A DNA stretch of 55,073 nt, filler included, from Blastocystis sp. subtype 4 (lineage: Eukaryota): assembly GCF_000743755.1 (NCBI RefSeq). It is 2 parts of 2 records of this genome, joined end to end, with 100 filler letters (N's around TTAATTAATTAA, not from the genome) between each part and the next. Parts side by side here need not be neighbours in the genome. Positions count along the whole stretch, not along the records: positions 27,615 to 55,073 come from NW_014569404.1; 1 more part is not named here. One strand, written 5' to 3'. Each line of letters opens with the position of its first letter. The first letter of the stretch is position 1. Shown here piece by piece: positions 39,585-53,564 of the stretch. The notes under the pieces are model-generated. The model did no database searches and was not told where the DNA came from. It saw only the letters and a program-made list of their open reading frames with translations. The translations under genes and the position numbers were made by a program.

Positions 39585-39677
39585 ATGACTACTAATGGCG
39601 TATCATAAGATGTCCTATTTGTAGAGATTTCAATCTCCTACTTCTCTGTCCATTCTCTGGATAAAACAAACATATTC

Positions 39678-41561
<1,884 letters not shown>

Positions 41562-41595
41562 TAGTCTGTTTTCTACAAACAAGAATGAGAGAAGA

Positions 41596-43200
41596 TTAAC
41601 AGTTCTCCAAAGCAAGTAGAGCGGCTCCAACGACACCCGCATTTCCACCGAGAACTGCTTTCACAATTGGTGTTTCTTTTACTGTAGCAAAGGCACTCTT
41701 ACGGAAGGCAACACGAGCAGGCTCCAGAAGCAGATCCTCCAAATCTGCCACGCTTCCTCCCACACACACTACTTCAGGATTCAAACAAGCACACATCGAT
41801 GCAAGTGTCACACCCAAAGACTCGCCCACAATACGTACTGCTTCCACAGCCATTGCATCTCCCTTCAATGCGAGTTCGCCTACTTCCTTTCCTGTCTTCA
41901 CCTGCTTCTCCTTTGACACCAGACGGTTGTACTCATAACAGAGAGCACGACCTGATACATACGCTTCAGCAGCTCCGTCATTCTCACCATTATTACGACC
42001 ATCCCGCTGGTATACAACCTGTCCGAAACACTGAGCCATACGATCCGTTCCACACACAATTTCTCCGTCCTTGACGAAACCACCTCCAAGTCCTGTTCCC
42101 ACTGTCAAGCAGAGTGTAGACTGTTTCTCCATACCGGCACCCACTCGTGCCTCTGCCACTGCTGCACAGTTCCCATCATTGCAAACCACCACAGGCAAGT
42201 TCATGGCCTCTGCAATACGATCTCGCAAAGGTGTTCCCTGCCAATCAGGAATGGTGGAGGTTGCATAAAGAATGTTCCCTTGACAATCGATTGTGCCTCC
42301 TGTACTAACACCAACGCATATTGGTACTGACCCCTTCCAACGACTCTGCAACGACTGGAGGAGATCGACACATGCCTTCACCACACTTGCACTCGAGTCT
42401 TGGGGACAAGACACCTTTTCGGGACCCAGGAGCAAATGCCCTGTTGCATCCACAATTGACCCAGCAATCTTCGTACCACCAATATCAAGCGAAAAGGCAG
42501 TGGATGAGAGGGAGCGGACAGTCTGCTTCATCGCCTCTGCATACTGTTTTGTAATCCACATTGGCCGGGTAATCATCGACCCAACGACAATTGCGTGAGC
42601 ACCCAATCGGAGAAGCTTCTTTGCATGTTCAGGACTCGCAATACGGCCCTCACAGATGACAGGGATCTTTACTGTCTGAGAAAGACGATGAACCAAAGCA
42701 AAATCCGGTCCTTCGATGTGAGGCGAATACGAAGTGTATCCAGACAGAGTGCTGGCAACAATATCTGCTCCTGCGTTAGCAGCAGCAACTCCTTCCTCAA
42801 AAGTAGATATATCAGCCATCACTAAGCATCCAAACTGCTCCTTAATTTGCTTAATCATCTCAATTCCAGTAGTTCCATATGGATGAGGACGATTTGTCAC
42901 ATCGAGAGCAATAATGTCAGAACCGGCCTCGAAAATCTCTCTAGCGCGCTCCATGTTTAGAGTGATACGTGTTTCGTAGCCATCGACATCTTCCTTATAG
43001 ATGCCAATAATGGGGAGCTTCACAGTACGACGAATAGCAGCAATATGCTTGGGATCGTCTGCACGAATTCCTACCGCTCCACCTAATTCAGCAGCTTTTG
43101 CCATCAGTGCCATGTTCTCGGGACCATATAATCCATCTTCTTCATGTGCCTGACATGATACGATAATTCCTCCTCGAATTTGGTCAATAATAGAAGCCAT
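41596..43200 (-). CDS. Fusion of N-acetylmannosamine-6-phosphate 2-epimerase (NanE) and ROK-family sugar kinase (NanK-like), intronless
   Basis: NanE: IVSCQA, GAVGIRA, PIIGIYK, MADIST, TLSGYT, EGRI, VVGSMITRP. ROK: LDIGGTKI, NDGNCAAVAE, TVGTGLGGG, EAYVSG, AGVVGAA. Confidence 0.92.
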   Translation of the reverse strand: MASIIDQIRGGIIVSCQAHEEDGLYGPENMALMAKAAELGGAVGIRADDPKHIAAIRRTVKLPIIGIYKEDVDGYETRITLNMERAREIFEAGSDIIALDVTNRPHPYGTTGIEMIKQIKEQFGCLVMADISTFEEGVAAANAGADIVASTLSGYTSYSPHIEGPDFALVHRLSQTVKIPVICEGRIASPEHAKKLLRLGAHAIVVGSMITRPMWITKQYAEAMKQTVRSLSSTAFSLDIGGTKIAGSIVDATGHLLLGPEKVSCPQDSSASVVKACVDLLQSLQSRWKGSVPICVGVSTGGTIDCQGNILYATSTIPDWQGTPLRDRIAEAMNLPVVVCNDGNCAAVAEARVGAGMEKQSTLCLTVGTGLGGGFVKDGEIVCGTDRMAQCFGQVVYQRDGRNNGENDGAAEAYVSGRALCYEYNRLVSKEKQVKTGKEVGELALKGDAMAVEAVRIVGESLGVTLASMCACLNPEVVCVGGSVADLEDLLLEPARVAFRKSAFATVKETPIVKAVLGGNAGVVGAALLALENC

Positions 43201-43289
43201 ATGATAAGAAAATAGGGATTTGTACTCAAACAAAGAATTGACAATTTCCATAAAATAACATCGTTCTATTGCTCCTCCAATCTGCCCTT

Positions 43290-46200
43290 TTAATGAGCAC
43301 TTGATACCCTTGCAAGAGAACCATGCCGCTCGGAGAAGGGATACTTTGGAACAACAAATAAAGCATTATGAAGAGGTCTTTCCATCAACTACTCCGTGTA
43401 CACCTACGTCTGTGGAGGAATCAGCCGAATCCATTCAAGCAATCGCTTCTTTCCTTCATTGTATCCCCGGTCCTCAATCTCATCATAGCGACCATTATCG
43501 GTTAGGTACACATCACGAAGGGGTGGTCGAATCACCACATCTGATTTCTGAAGGAGATTATCAATACGGCGATTCTCACTCCATGTGTACATCAGTTTCT
43601 GTTGGATTCCTGACTTCGATATCTGCTGACCAAAGAAACGAGGAAACAGTCCTTTGAACCACAAGGCAAAGCCAGATTGTGTATCACCTACTTGAACATA
43701 GTTGTCATCTGGATATCCCTCCACATTCACCGTTATTACACTATGAGGATGAAATACCGAGCACATCACGTCCGAAGGCACATTGTTGCAATATCCACCA
43801 TCGACCAGCAGATTTGGAGTCGGCTTCGTCTCATCTCCAATAGGAGGAAAGATGTTCATGATCGACATGGACCCTCTTACATATCGCCACATCGCTCCAT
43901 CACGAGCAATCAATTCCTAGATATCATTTCAAGTATGGACTCTCACTCGGCAATTCGTAATATCACTACAAATACAGAAATAAGGAATCGTCGAGTTCTC
44001 AATCAAGCGATTTCCCAATGCATCATGGGTAACTTTGTTAATCAGATTTCCCCGAGTCTAACAATGAAAAGAATTATGAATATCAACCATGGAAAGGATA
44101 GGAAGAGTCCAATCCATCAGAATATTCCCGATTGATGCTAATGTCATAGCTCCTTTCTTTACCCTCTGACGAGTACACACGTAATCTCCGCGATTTCCAC
44201 TCGCTACACCTCCCACAAATGAACCCATTGAAGTGCCTCCTATGTAATCTGCAGGAATTCCCAGCTCTTCCATGGCTCGTAATACGCCCACATGAGCATA
44301 TCCCCGAGCACCTCCTCCAGAAAGCACCAGACCAATAGCTGTGTTTGTTAGATAACGTGCCAGGCGACGGATATCGGAGCGAGGAACTGCCAAATCGCGG
44401 TAAGGTTGTTCAGAATGAATCACAACATGATGGACTCGCTGAGGAGCCAGTGGCATTCTAGAAGTGAGTCCATCAATCCAATGCTACAGAATGGCTCGCC
44501 ATTCTTGAAGCATACGCTCATATGCAACATCACTCACATTGTCTTCTGCTTCGCGCAGGAATACAATCTCACGACGAATCCCCAGCATCATTCCTCGTAA
44601 CGTCTCATAGTCACTTGTCGAGAGTGGTGCATCACACACATTCACCACAAGTAACACTGCATCACTCTATGGTTCTTCCTTTCCTTCTCTCCTACATGAT
44701 CCAGCAGATGGGCATTCCATCCCTTTGCTAATCCATCGCCTACCAGAATCGTACGTCGCATTTGTTGAGGGCCAGTCAGACTACTGATGCGAGATCGATC
44801 AGCAGAGGTGACAAAAGAAGCAGGTTGAATAGCATTGAGAGCCGAATACAACAGCTGAGCAAAGAACGACAGTGTCGATGAATTCTGCGTAGCTGCAATT
44901 GTAGCGATTGTCTGAAGGTATCGTCAAGAACTCTTTCCGTGTCATTCATAAGGATATCTCTCGTTTCTGCTTCACATTGAGATCCTACGAATCAACTGGT
45001 TCTTCAGTACCCACAATATCTGTTCGTTTGATATAATTGAACATGCCCACAGGAGACTGTTTCATCAATGAAACTAACAAAGAGCGTGGAATCAACAAGA
45101 TCTCACTACGACGTGCTATGCATCAAATCACTTCCATTTACTCACTCGAATACATATTTACAGAGGCTTTCTCTTGATTGATGCACTGACTCACAAATAA
45201 CAATACATCACTGCTATATTCCTACTCTTCATATTTCTCCTTTCACCTACACTCACAACGACCTCATTCTCTCTCTGACCTCTCACCTTTTCTTCCCCAG
45301 TCTTGGTTTTCAACCGCCTTGCTACTTCTTCTTTCTCTTCCTCACTGAAACGGTGTCGACCGTCATAAGATAGTCGATACTGAAGTCTGTACTTCGTTGC
45401 ATCCTGTCGGGCTGTATGAGTAGAGCGTAATCGGCCTGAAATCAACAATACAGCATTCTCCACATCATCAGCTTCCCGAATTAGACATTCACCACGTTCC
45501 TTCTCTATCCAATGACATTCTCGTGTGATGAATGGAAACTTAGTATGCAGACTTGATAAGAAATAGTTGATTAGAAACTGAAGTGACTGAGGAGACAACG
45601 AATCCAGCTCTCCTATGCATTATCTCACTCTGAAGATAGTACCTTTGTAGGTAAGCATCAACAAGGAAGCCCGATCACTACGAACATAATAGGTATGATT
45701 CTCATGGTAGGTCAATAATGCACCTTTACTGAACTAGTATTGAATCTCATTGACATCTCATTACAATCACAGTGACTTCTCCTGTTGGTTCGATCACCTC
45801 TCCTGTCAGAACAATTACTCTAAACATCATTTCATTCCTCAATATAGACAGAGTATACGGAGTAATTGCAATTAGTTGGTTCTTTGGAACCATGATCACC
45901 GAATCTCCATCTCCTCCAACAAGTGACTCTACTGCATTCGGCAGAGGATTGGTCTGGATCAAGGACCACAAGGCAGGGAATAAGTTCCGCACACAATAGG
46001 GATCCTCTACCGTCTTCGTCTCCTTCATTGCTTCCTTCATAGCCCTACGATCAGTATACCTCTTAGTTTCTACAGCAAGGTAGAACTCTGAAGGAGATGC
46101 TGCAAACGAACCAGCTCACTTGTAACCAGCGTATTCAACACCTTCCGGCCTTCCTCTGTAAGACTACGACGCGGTCGAAAAACAAGAAGTTCTGTATTTG

Positions 46201-47036
46201 TCATTGCACGCACTTCAATTCCCTTCATATTAACTTCTCTTTTCAATCCTACACTCTTGTACTCCTCATTTAGAAGGGTTCCTAACACCTCCCAAAACAT
46301 CTGGTAGGACGAATAAGGAGAACCCTCCCATTTCTCTTCTCGGCTCTCTCCGTCCTTCAAAAGGACACTACCGCTAATTACGATGCATCTACAATTATCA
46401 CTACGCAGAAAACGAACATCAAATCAGGCTGTTCTGAACTCTGGATCAAATCATCTTTTTCCACAAAGACACGATCAATTGAATCAAATAGTGACAGAAT
46501 TGACTGGACTGAAAGATCTCTTCATCTCATTTCCACCAGATTTCCTTACACGATACTGTAGGCATTTATGAATCGATATGCATTCAATTCTTGACTTGTC
46601 ATAGACTCCTCACATTTCGTTCGTCTGACTCGGTTCAACTGTGAAATTGAACTCATCTGTAAAGATGAAACACTCTGAAGGAAAAAAGGAGTACCTGTAG
46701 ACGATGGACTATCCTTCTATACATTAATATCCACGTTTACTGGTACATGTTGCAACTTCCGATTCTGTTCGGCATACCATTGTCTTGCAGCTTGATATTG
46801 CTGTCTCACCTTTCCAACGGATATCATATCTCCTGTAAAACGGGTCCATGTCTTTGTATGGGTAGTAATATCTTCACTACAATCATCAAATCCACTTTAA
46901 CAAATGGTATACATAATTTCCTTCTCACTGTACGTGAGGTAGTGGAGAATCCCATAAACGATCAACGCGATAACAAGGATAATAAATGCAGAAAGACTAT
47001 AGAATCATTATACAAGAAAATTCACTTACTATCCAT
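43290..47036 (-). CDS. NTE/PNPLA6-7-like patatin lysophospholipase, multi-exon
   Basis: N-terminal TM, cNMP-like segment (LLISGRLRS), SDIRRLARYLT, GGGARG, GTSMG nucleophile motif and DGG. Confidence 0.85.
44918..44957 (-). other. U12-type AT-AC intron, 40 nt
   Basis: ATATCCTTATGAATGACACGGAAAGAGTTCTTGACGATAC. Removal joins KQKRE|LQTIATIA in frame; retention gives a stop. Confidence 0.85.
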
Positions 47037-47252
47037 TCATTATCCTCAAATATGGAAGAGTTGTCTTCGTGCTGATACCGATTTCCCGCGTTTATTGGTA
47101 AGAAGATTCTCAGATGTGCAACCCTTCTCATAGGAAAGATCGAATGTGTATCTATCGAATGGATTATATAAACAAAGTCAATTCTAGACGAAGTGATGTG
47201 AAAAATACACGAAAACACAATTCCACAATGAAACGACCTTTTTTTCACAATA

Positions 47253-48499
47253 ATGGAGGAGGACACGCCATACAAGCGTGGAGTCAACTATGTTAAGCTC
47301 TCCAAGAAGTATGTGAGCCTTTTGATCCTGTTGTTTCTGACTCCGATCGTATTCCTCTTCTTGGGATATGTCGTTTCGAATTCACCAAATGAACGACCAC
47401 AGTTAATCGAACGGTTTGAATGTATTTTTGAATTGATTCTAGGTATAATGAGCGAATTGAGGTGTGGTTCAGTAAGCGATACGATTTCATTGTTAGAAAA
47501 TTCTTTATTAATTCTACAGAGTTGGTTCGCGTCAATATGATGAATGGAGACTTGTTTCCCGTCAGTGATGCCTGCAGTCGACAAGGAGACCCCGGAGACG
47601 GTTGTATCTACACTGCCTCTTCCTTTTTTTCCACAACCGTTGACACTTTGTCAGATGTTGTGTCTTTCGTTATCTCCGATGGAATGAATTTGACCTATTT
47701 TGAAGATTCTGCTCCTCTTGTGGACCAGAAGATGGTGGGAAAAGCCTCACTTCATTGTTCATCAACGACCGATTGTCATCAAATATGTAAGAAACGGTCT
47801 GGATACTGGATTCCTTCTATGGAAATGTGCAACATTACCCTTTATCTCTCCTCCCTCTGTTATCGATTGCAGAAATCCGGTGAAGACTTCACGTTAGACA
47901 CTTCGGGCTTTGTTTCCAAAACGGGAATAGGGTGTTATCAGTCCAATGGATGGTCTCCCTATCTCTATACGAAGTCTCCTGCAAACGGGACGATTCCATT
48001 AGAGGTAGTATGAAAAGGAGAATATGATATGTAGATTCGATATAACTTAGATCCCATTGTTACTGCTTCGTTGCTAACTAATGGGTGTAGTGACCTCTAT
48101 CTGATGAACAGTACTCGGGCAGCGTGCTTTGGAAGGGCTCATGAGGATCAACTTGCTATTGCCCAGGTTCTTTTTCTTGTTGGTGTTTTTCTATTCTGTA
48201 CAGAGACTCTTGTAGACCCCTTATCTCTATCTTACTTGTAGTGCACTGTTGTAATTTGCTTCTTTTGGGTTACAAAGAAGCGTCACATCTCTCCGACACG
48301 TCTGATGTCTCCCTCTTATGAACAAATCTTTACACCTCTCTCGTATGCTGAATTACATCCTGTGGAACTGCCTCCAGAATTAGAAGGTCTTGGAACAAAG
48401 GGATTGCATGAGCGGTTAGCTGTTAACGGAACATTGCGCGTGAAACAGCCTTCTTTTGCAGATAGTGTTCCTGGGCCTGTAGAAATTCTTGACATATAG
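47253..48499 (+). CDS. Hypothetical protein with two predicted TM segments flanking a Cys-rich loop
   Basis: TM near the N-terminus, Cys-rich central exon, second hydrophobic segment at ~48155-48270; introns inferred. Confidence 0.6.
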
Positions 48500-48546
48500 T
48501 CTAGCGTGTTTTTAGAGTGATTTCATCACTTTAGTTATGTACTATC

Positions 48547-49668
48547 ATGTGTTTGTTTATATGGACCCTATTCCTTTTCCGTATTGTTACAGCATGGCAT
48601 AGTTGGAGTATTGGATTATTGTAACCATAGATATGGGTCATGCTGTTATCTTGCAAATTGCCCTCGATTCAATTCAACCAACACTTCGTGTCGATTCTAG
48701 ACCACTTTTCTCAGTCGTAGACTGCTGTGAAGACGCACTTGGAATTTCTGCAAGCAAATAGTCTCGTATGTAATGGATTTATTCTATAATAGAAAGGATT
48801 TACATGATATCTACTCAGCCGTAGGAATGAAGTGATTGATGGATTATAGGCGTGTTGGGCCGATGTGGTGAAGAAGCAAGAGGACTTTATGGAAACATGG
48901 AAATGGCATGTTGTTGATGGGGTTTCTCCATCGACAGAAGAGAATGGACTTACAATGACAAAGAAACTACTATCTAGGATTCAATTAACAAATCCGACAG
49001 ATGCTAGTGTCGTATCTTCTTTCGTTTCTCAGATCTAGTCATCCGATCTTCGTTTTCTTGTTCATATCGTGGCCGATCTCCACCAGCCACTCCATACTAC
49101 TGGTTCATTTGATCAATGTAGCTTTCGTTGTTTCCTTTCCCATAGACGGGTCAGAGATGTTTATTCGCGTGGAAGATCATAACGAGACCCTTCACTTCTT
49201 CACAGATCGAGTAGCAGGAGCGATTCTGAATCCAAAGGAATTACCTATGGTAAGTGATTGGCTGCGAATGAACTTTAGTCTCCTTCACAAATAGACTATA
49301 TTCAAGTTCTTGCAAAGGATATTGCTTCTCTTTGTACCATCACAGATCCCTCTGAAAGCGTCGAGAATTGGATTACTGAATCTTATGGAGTTGGACAAGA
49401 GATTTATCGGATTGTGGGGACAGAACAATATGTCGTTTTGTCCCCACTCCAATTGAAACAAATGCAATCATTGTTATTGTCCCAAGTAGATTTGTCAGAA
49501 TCAATTGATTGGCAGATGTGTCTAGCAGGGAAACGATTAGCACTTCTCTTGGATCCTCCTTCTCATAGTCATTCTCTCTTCCTCTGGTTCCTTGGATGTA
49601 TTATATGTATCGTGTGTATACGATTGTATCGATATCGAATGCGGAGATTGCGCTACTCTCCCTTGTGA
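48547..49668 (+). CDS. S1/P1 nuclease family protein with signal peptide and C-terminal TM anchor
   Basis: Spliced signal peptide MCLFIWTLFLFRIVTA, then WHNMGH, ACWADVVK, WHVVD, LRFLVHIVADLHQPLH, LHFFTD, QMCLAGKRLALLL and TM LFLWFLGCIICIVCI. Confidence 0.85.
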
Positions 49669-49691
49669 TATGTTTGTTGTAGCAAAACACT

Positions 49692-51741
49692 CTATTGTCC
49701 ACTTTTTCGATTCAATACAGCTAAAAAGGCTTCTTGTGGAATCTCTACATTACTAATTGTTCGTAATCGCTTCTTCCCTCGCTTCTGAGCTTCCAACAGT
49801 TTCTTCTTACGAGTCGAATCTCCTCCTCCAACCAACTTCCCTCCCTTGACCAACACATCCTTACGATATGGAGGAATCCTCTCTCTTGCGAAGATCTTGG
49901 ACCCAACAGCTGCTTGAAGAATCACCTCAAACTGCTGTCGAGAAATCTCCTCCTTCAAACGTAGGAGAATCTGCCGGCCTCGTGATTCCACCTGCTTTCG
50001 ATTGCAAACAAATGCCAATGCGTCGACTGGTTTTGAATTTATTAGAATGTCTACTTTCACGATGTCATCTTCTTGCCATTCATCCTCTTCATACTCCAAA
50101 CTTGCATAACCCGAAGAGAGATTCTTAACCATATCGTAAAAGTCCACAACTACTTCGGACCACGGTAAACAGTACTCCATCAATACTAGACTGTTATCGA
50201 GATACTGAATTGATAGTTCCTCTCCTCGTCGATCACGACATAGAGACATTAATGTGCCTACTGTTTCCTTTGGTGTGAGAATTGTGACTCGAGTCATTGG
50301 CTGCAATACACACTCCAGATCTGATGGTACAGGCATTTCAGATGGTTTCTTGATTAGTATCTTACGATGGTTTTGTTTCAATATTGCATAATGAGGAACA
50401 AAGGGAGCTGTCACCAATACAGGCATTCCAAACTCCTTGAAAAGTCTCTCTTGAAAGATATTCATATGCAGTACACCCAGATATCCACATCGGAATCCCA
50501 TTCCTAAGGCTTCTGATGTCTCTTGTGTTACAGTCACTGAGTTGTCATTCAGAAGTAGTCTCTCTATTGCAATTCGCATCTCCTCAAAAGAAGATTGGTC
50601 AACAGGAAATACAGAAGCAAACACCATACTCTTCGGAATACTGAAATGAGGAAGCGGAGCAGGTTTAGGCTCCATGTTTGAGAGTAGGATTGTGTCTCCG
50701 AGAAGAATTTGCTTGTTATCACGACAACCAAGAATCACATAGCCAATATGACCTGCACGAAGAGTATGAACTGGTACCGAAAACGGTAGGAGGAGACCTA
50801 ATTCTTGAACTTCAAACTTGGAGTTTGAATGATGCAAGATCACTTCATCTCCCTGGTTGATCTCACCATCCTCAATTTGAATTGTGCACACAATTCCCTT
50901 ATAGGTGTCATACCAACTATCGCATACACGGGCACGCAATGGTGCTTTACGATTTCCTTGAGGCCAAATGATCTGATCCATGATTCGATTAAAGATTGCA
51001 TCAATCCCCTTCATATAATCTTTACAATAAAAATAGTACTATCCCCTGTTTGGCACTACAACATAGAATATCCGAATCTTTTGTTTTCATAATCTCAACA
51101 ATTTGTTGCTTACAACGTAGAATATCACTGTGTGGCAGATCAATCTTTGTTATAATAGGGATAATATCGAGTTCCTAATCCTCAACAAAGAAGGCATGGT
51201 AAACATGTTTCTGTGCGCTATGAAATGTTGACAATGTCTGGGCCTGAACTCCTTGAGTGCTGTCAACAAGCATTAATACACCTTGACAGGCAGCTAGACT
51301 CTTCTCCACTTCATAACTGAAATCAACATGTCCCGGTGTGTCGATCAAGTTTAGCAGATAGTTTTCTCCATCCCTTTTGTTCTTGACCAACATACTTGCA
51401 GTTTGAGCTTTCACCGTAATTCCACGCTCTCTTTCCACTTCCAAATTGTCTAAAAACTGTGCCGGAGCATTTTCCGGGATGTTTCCGGCTCGTTTCATGA
51501 TTGCATCAGCCAATGTACTCTTTCCATGATCGATATGGGCGATAATACTGAATGTCCTACAGTTCTCAATAGGAACATCCAAGTAATTCTCAACAATGGC
51601 TTCCGTATTGGTTCCCGGTTTCCCCACAAAGCTATATTTTAGACAGATAAACGGTCATTGATACCCAGAGAATCTCGCAACAAACGGACAGAAGGGAAGC
51701 TTGAGAACGTGTTTGAAGTTATGAAACGTGAATCGTAGCAT
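49692..51741 (-). CDS. GUF1: Translation factor GUF1/LepA (EF4), mitochondrion-related-organelle targeted
   Basis: [37 protein letters not shown] and [12 protein letters not shown]; Arg-rich N-terminal presequence. Confidence 0.95.
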
Positions 51742-51820
51742 CGACTCCACTGGAAACCGGCCAAATTACGAATAATAGACTGTTATCAAGTTGATTCTGT
51801 CATTTTTTCTTCTTATCATT

Positions 51821-53500
51821 ATGTGGGGGTTACTCACGTTTTTCTCTTTTATTTTTCTTTCCTATGAGATTGCTCAAGTGAGGATCGCTTTTCGTGTAGT
51901 TACCTCTCGTAGAAGATGAGTATTCTTGTGAGGAATAGATGTTAATGAGGTATATTTTGTGCAGTGTAGTGGATATGTGAAGCAAAATCAGGTTGATGTG
52001 CTATTTGAGAGTCCTTCTGATTCAACTGGTACAATATCGATTACAATGCTAAGAGTTGTAGAAGCTGTGGGTGTTTTTGGTCAGATTGGGATTACTGACT
52101 TGCCTCTGTATCCAACAGTTCATTTTGCAATGTCGTCAGTTGTACAGCCAGTGGAGCAATCTGTATCCACAGTAATGCCTATATTGTTTTCAACAGCAGC
52201 ATTATCAGTAGCACCAGAATCATCAGTAACACCAGTAGCACTGTCAGTAGTACCAAAGCGATTGGTAACTCCAGTAGCACAATACCCGTCACCAACCCCT
52301 TCTTCTTCAACATCACATCAACCATCTGCAATACCACAACAACAAGAGGTTCCATCACCACACGAGACTCGCCGAAAGAGAATTCCAACCCGAAAGAATC
52401 GCTCTGGAGATGTAGCCAAATGGAATTCTTTCTTCAACCAGTACCGTACTGTCCACATTTCCAATGTGAATACAACGAAGAAAGTGGTTTATCTCAAACG
52501 AGGTACCACGGGAATTGCAGGACAAATCATTGGGATCTGTGACTCTTTGTTTATTGCAATGATGACCGATCGAGCCTTACAATGTCTCATTTCTTCTTCT
52601 ACCTCATGTCTAGTTAGTAGTGATGTGATTACTGACAAATACTTCCTATTTCCGCTTCCTCATATGTATATTCCTCTCAATGCTACCATGAAGAGTCAGT
52701 TCGTTTCGGTGATATCACTTCTAGAACAGATCCAAACACATGTTCCTCCTCGGTATAATCACAAATACAAGTTTGTTGTTTCAGGAGTTGACGAGAATGA
52801 TCCCTTGCCAAATCCATCTCGTTCGTTTGCTGGTGATGGAGCTGTGTTGATGCAGACATTGCATGTGACAGCAGACCGCTTCTTGGGACGTCGGTACAAT
52901 TCCTACTTCATGGAGAGAATTGGTCTCCTGAAGAATCGAATGATGATGTCAGAGGATCGTAGTCAGCTTTATGCAACAGTGGACTTGTATTACAATCGAT
53001 GTGTTCATGGCCTCTTTGCTCCCACTCCATTTGTGGATACATATTTGAAGCAATATGAACAACAGTTAGGAAATGGAATTCGAATTGGTGTTCATCTCCG
53101 AATGGGTGCTGGAAAGAGTGATTGGACAGACAGTCGGCAGTTCTTAACCCCAAAACGATTTGACACGTTCATTGGAATGTTGAAAACTCTAATCAAAGAA
53201 CAGCAAAAGAAGCACGGATCGGATGTTCCTATACGTATTTTCTTGTCAACAGATAGTTCGACGATGGAGAGAACGATGCAACAGATGTTTCCCGAATTGA
53301 TCGTGACTACTAAGGGATTTAAACGGTCTCATGTTGGAGGTGTGAAGGCAACAAAATATGGCTCGGATTCCATCCTAAAGGCAGTTCTGGATGTTATGCT
53401 TCTTGGAAAATGTGATTATCTCTTTCTCACTAGGCGGAGTGGCTTTAGTAAAATTGGATTGTACTATGCGGAGGAGAATACCTCCTTCCGGTTGATTTGA
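51821..53500 (+). CDS. Fucosyltransferase-like glycosyltransferase (GT11/GT23/NodZ-type motifs), type II membrane with S/T/P stem
   Basis: GIAGQI, IGVHLRMG, IFLSTDS and DVMLLGKCDYLFLTRRSGFS match fucosyltransferase motifs I-III. Confidence 0.75.
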
Positions 53501-53564
53501 TGTCTTTGTTAGGATACTCACAATTTGGATCTCCATTGCACGGTTTGTTTCAGTATCTTCACAA

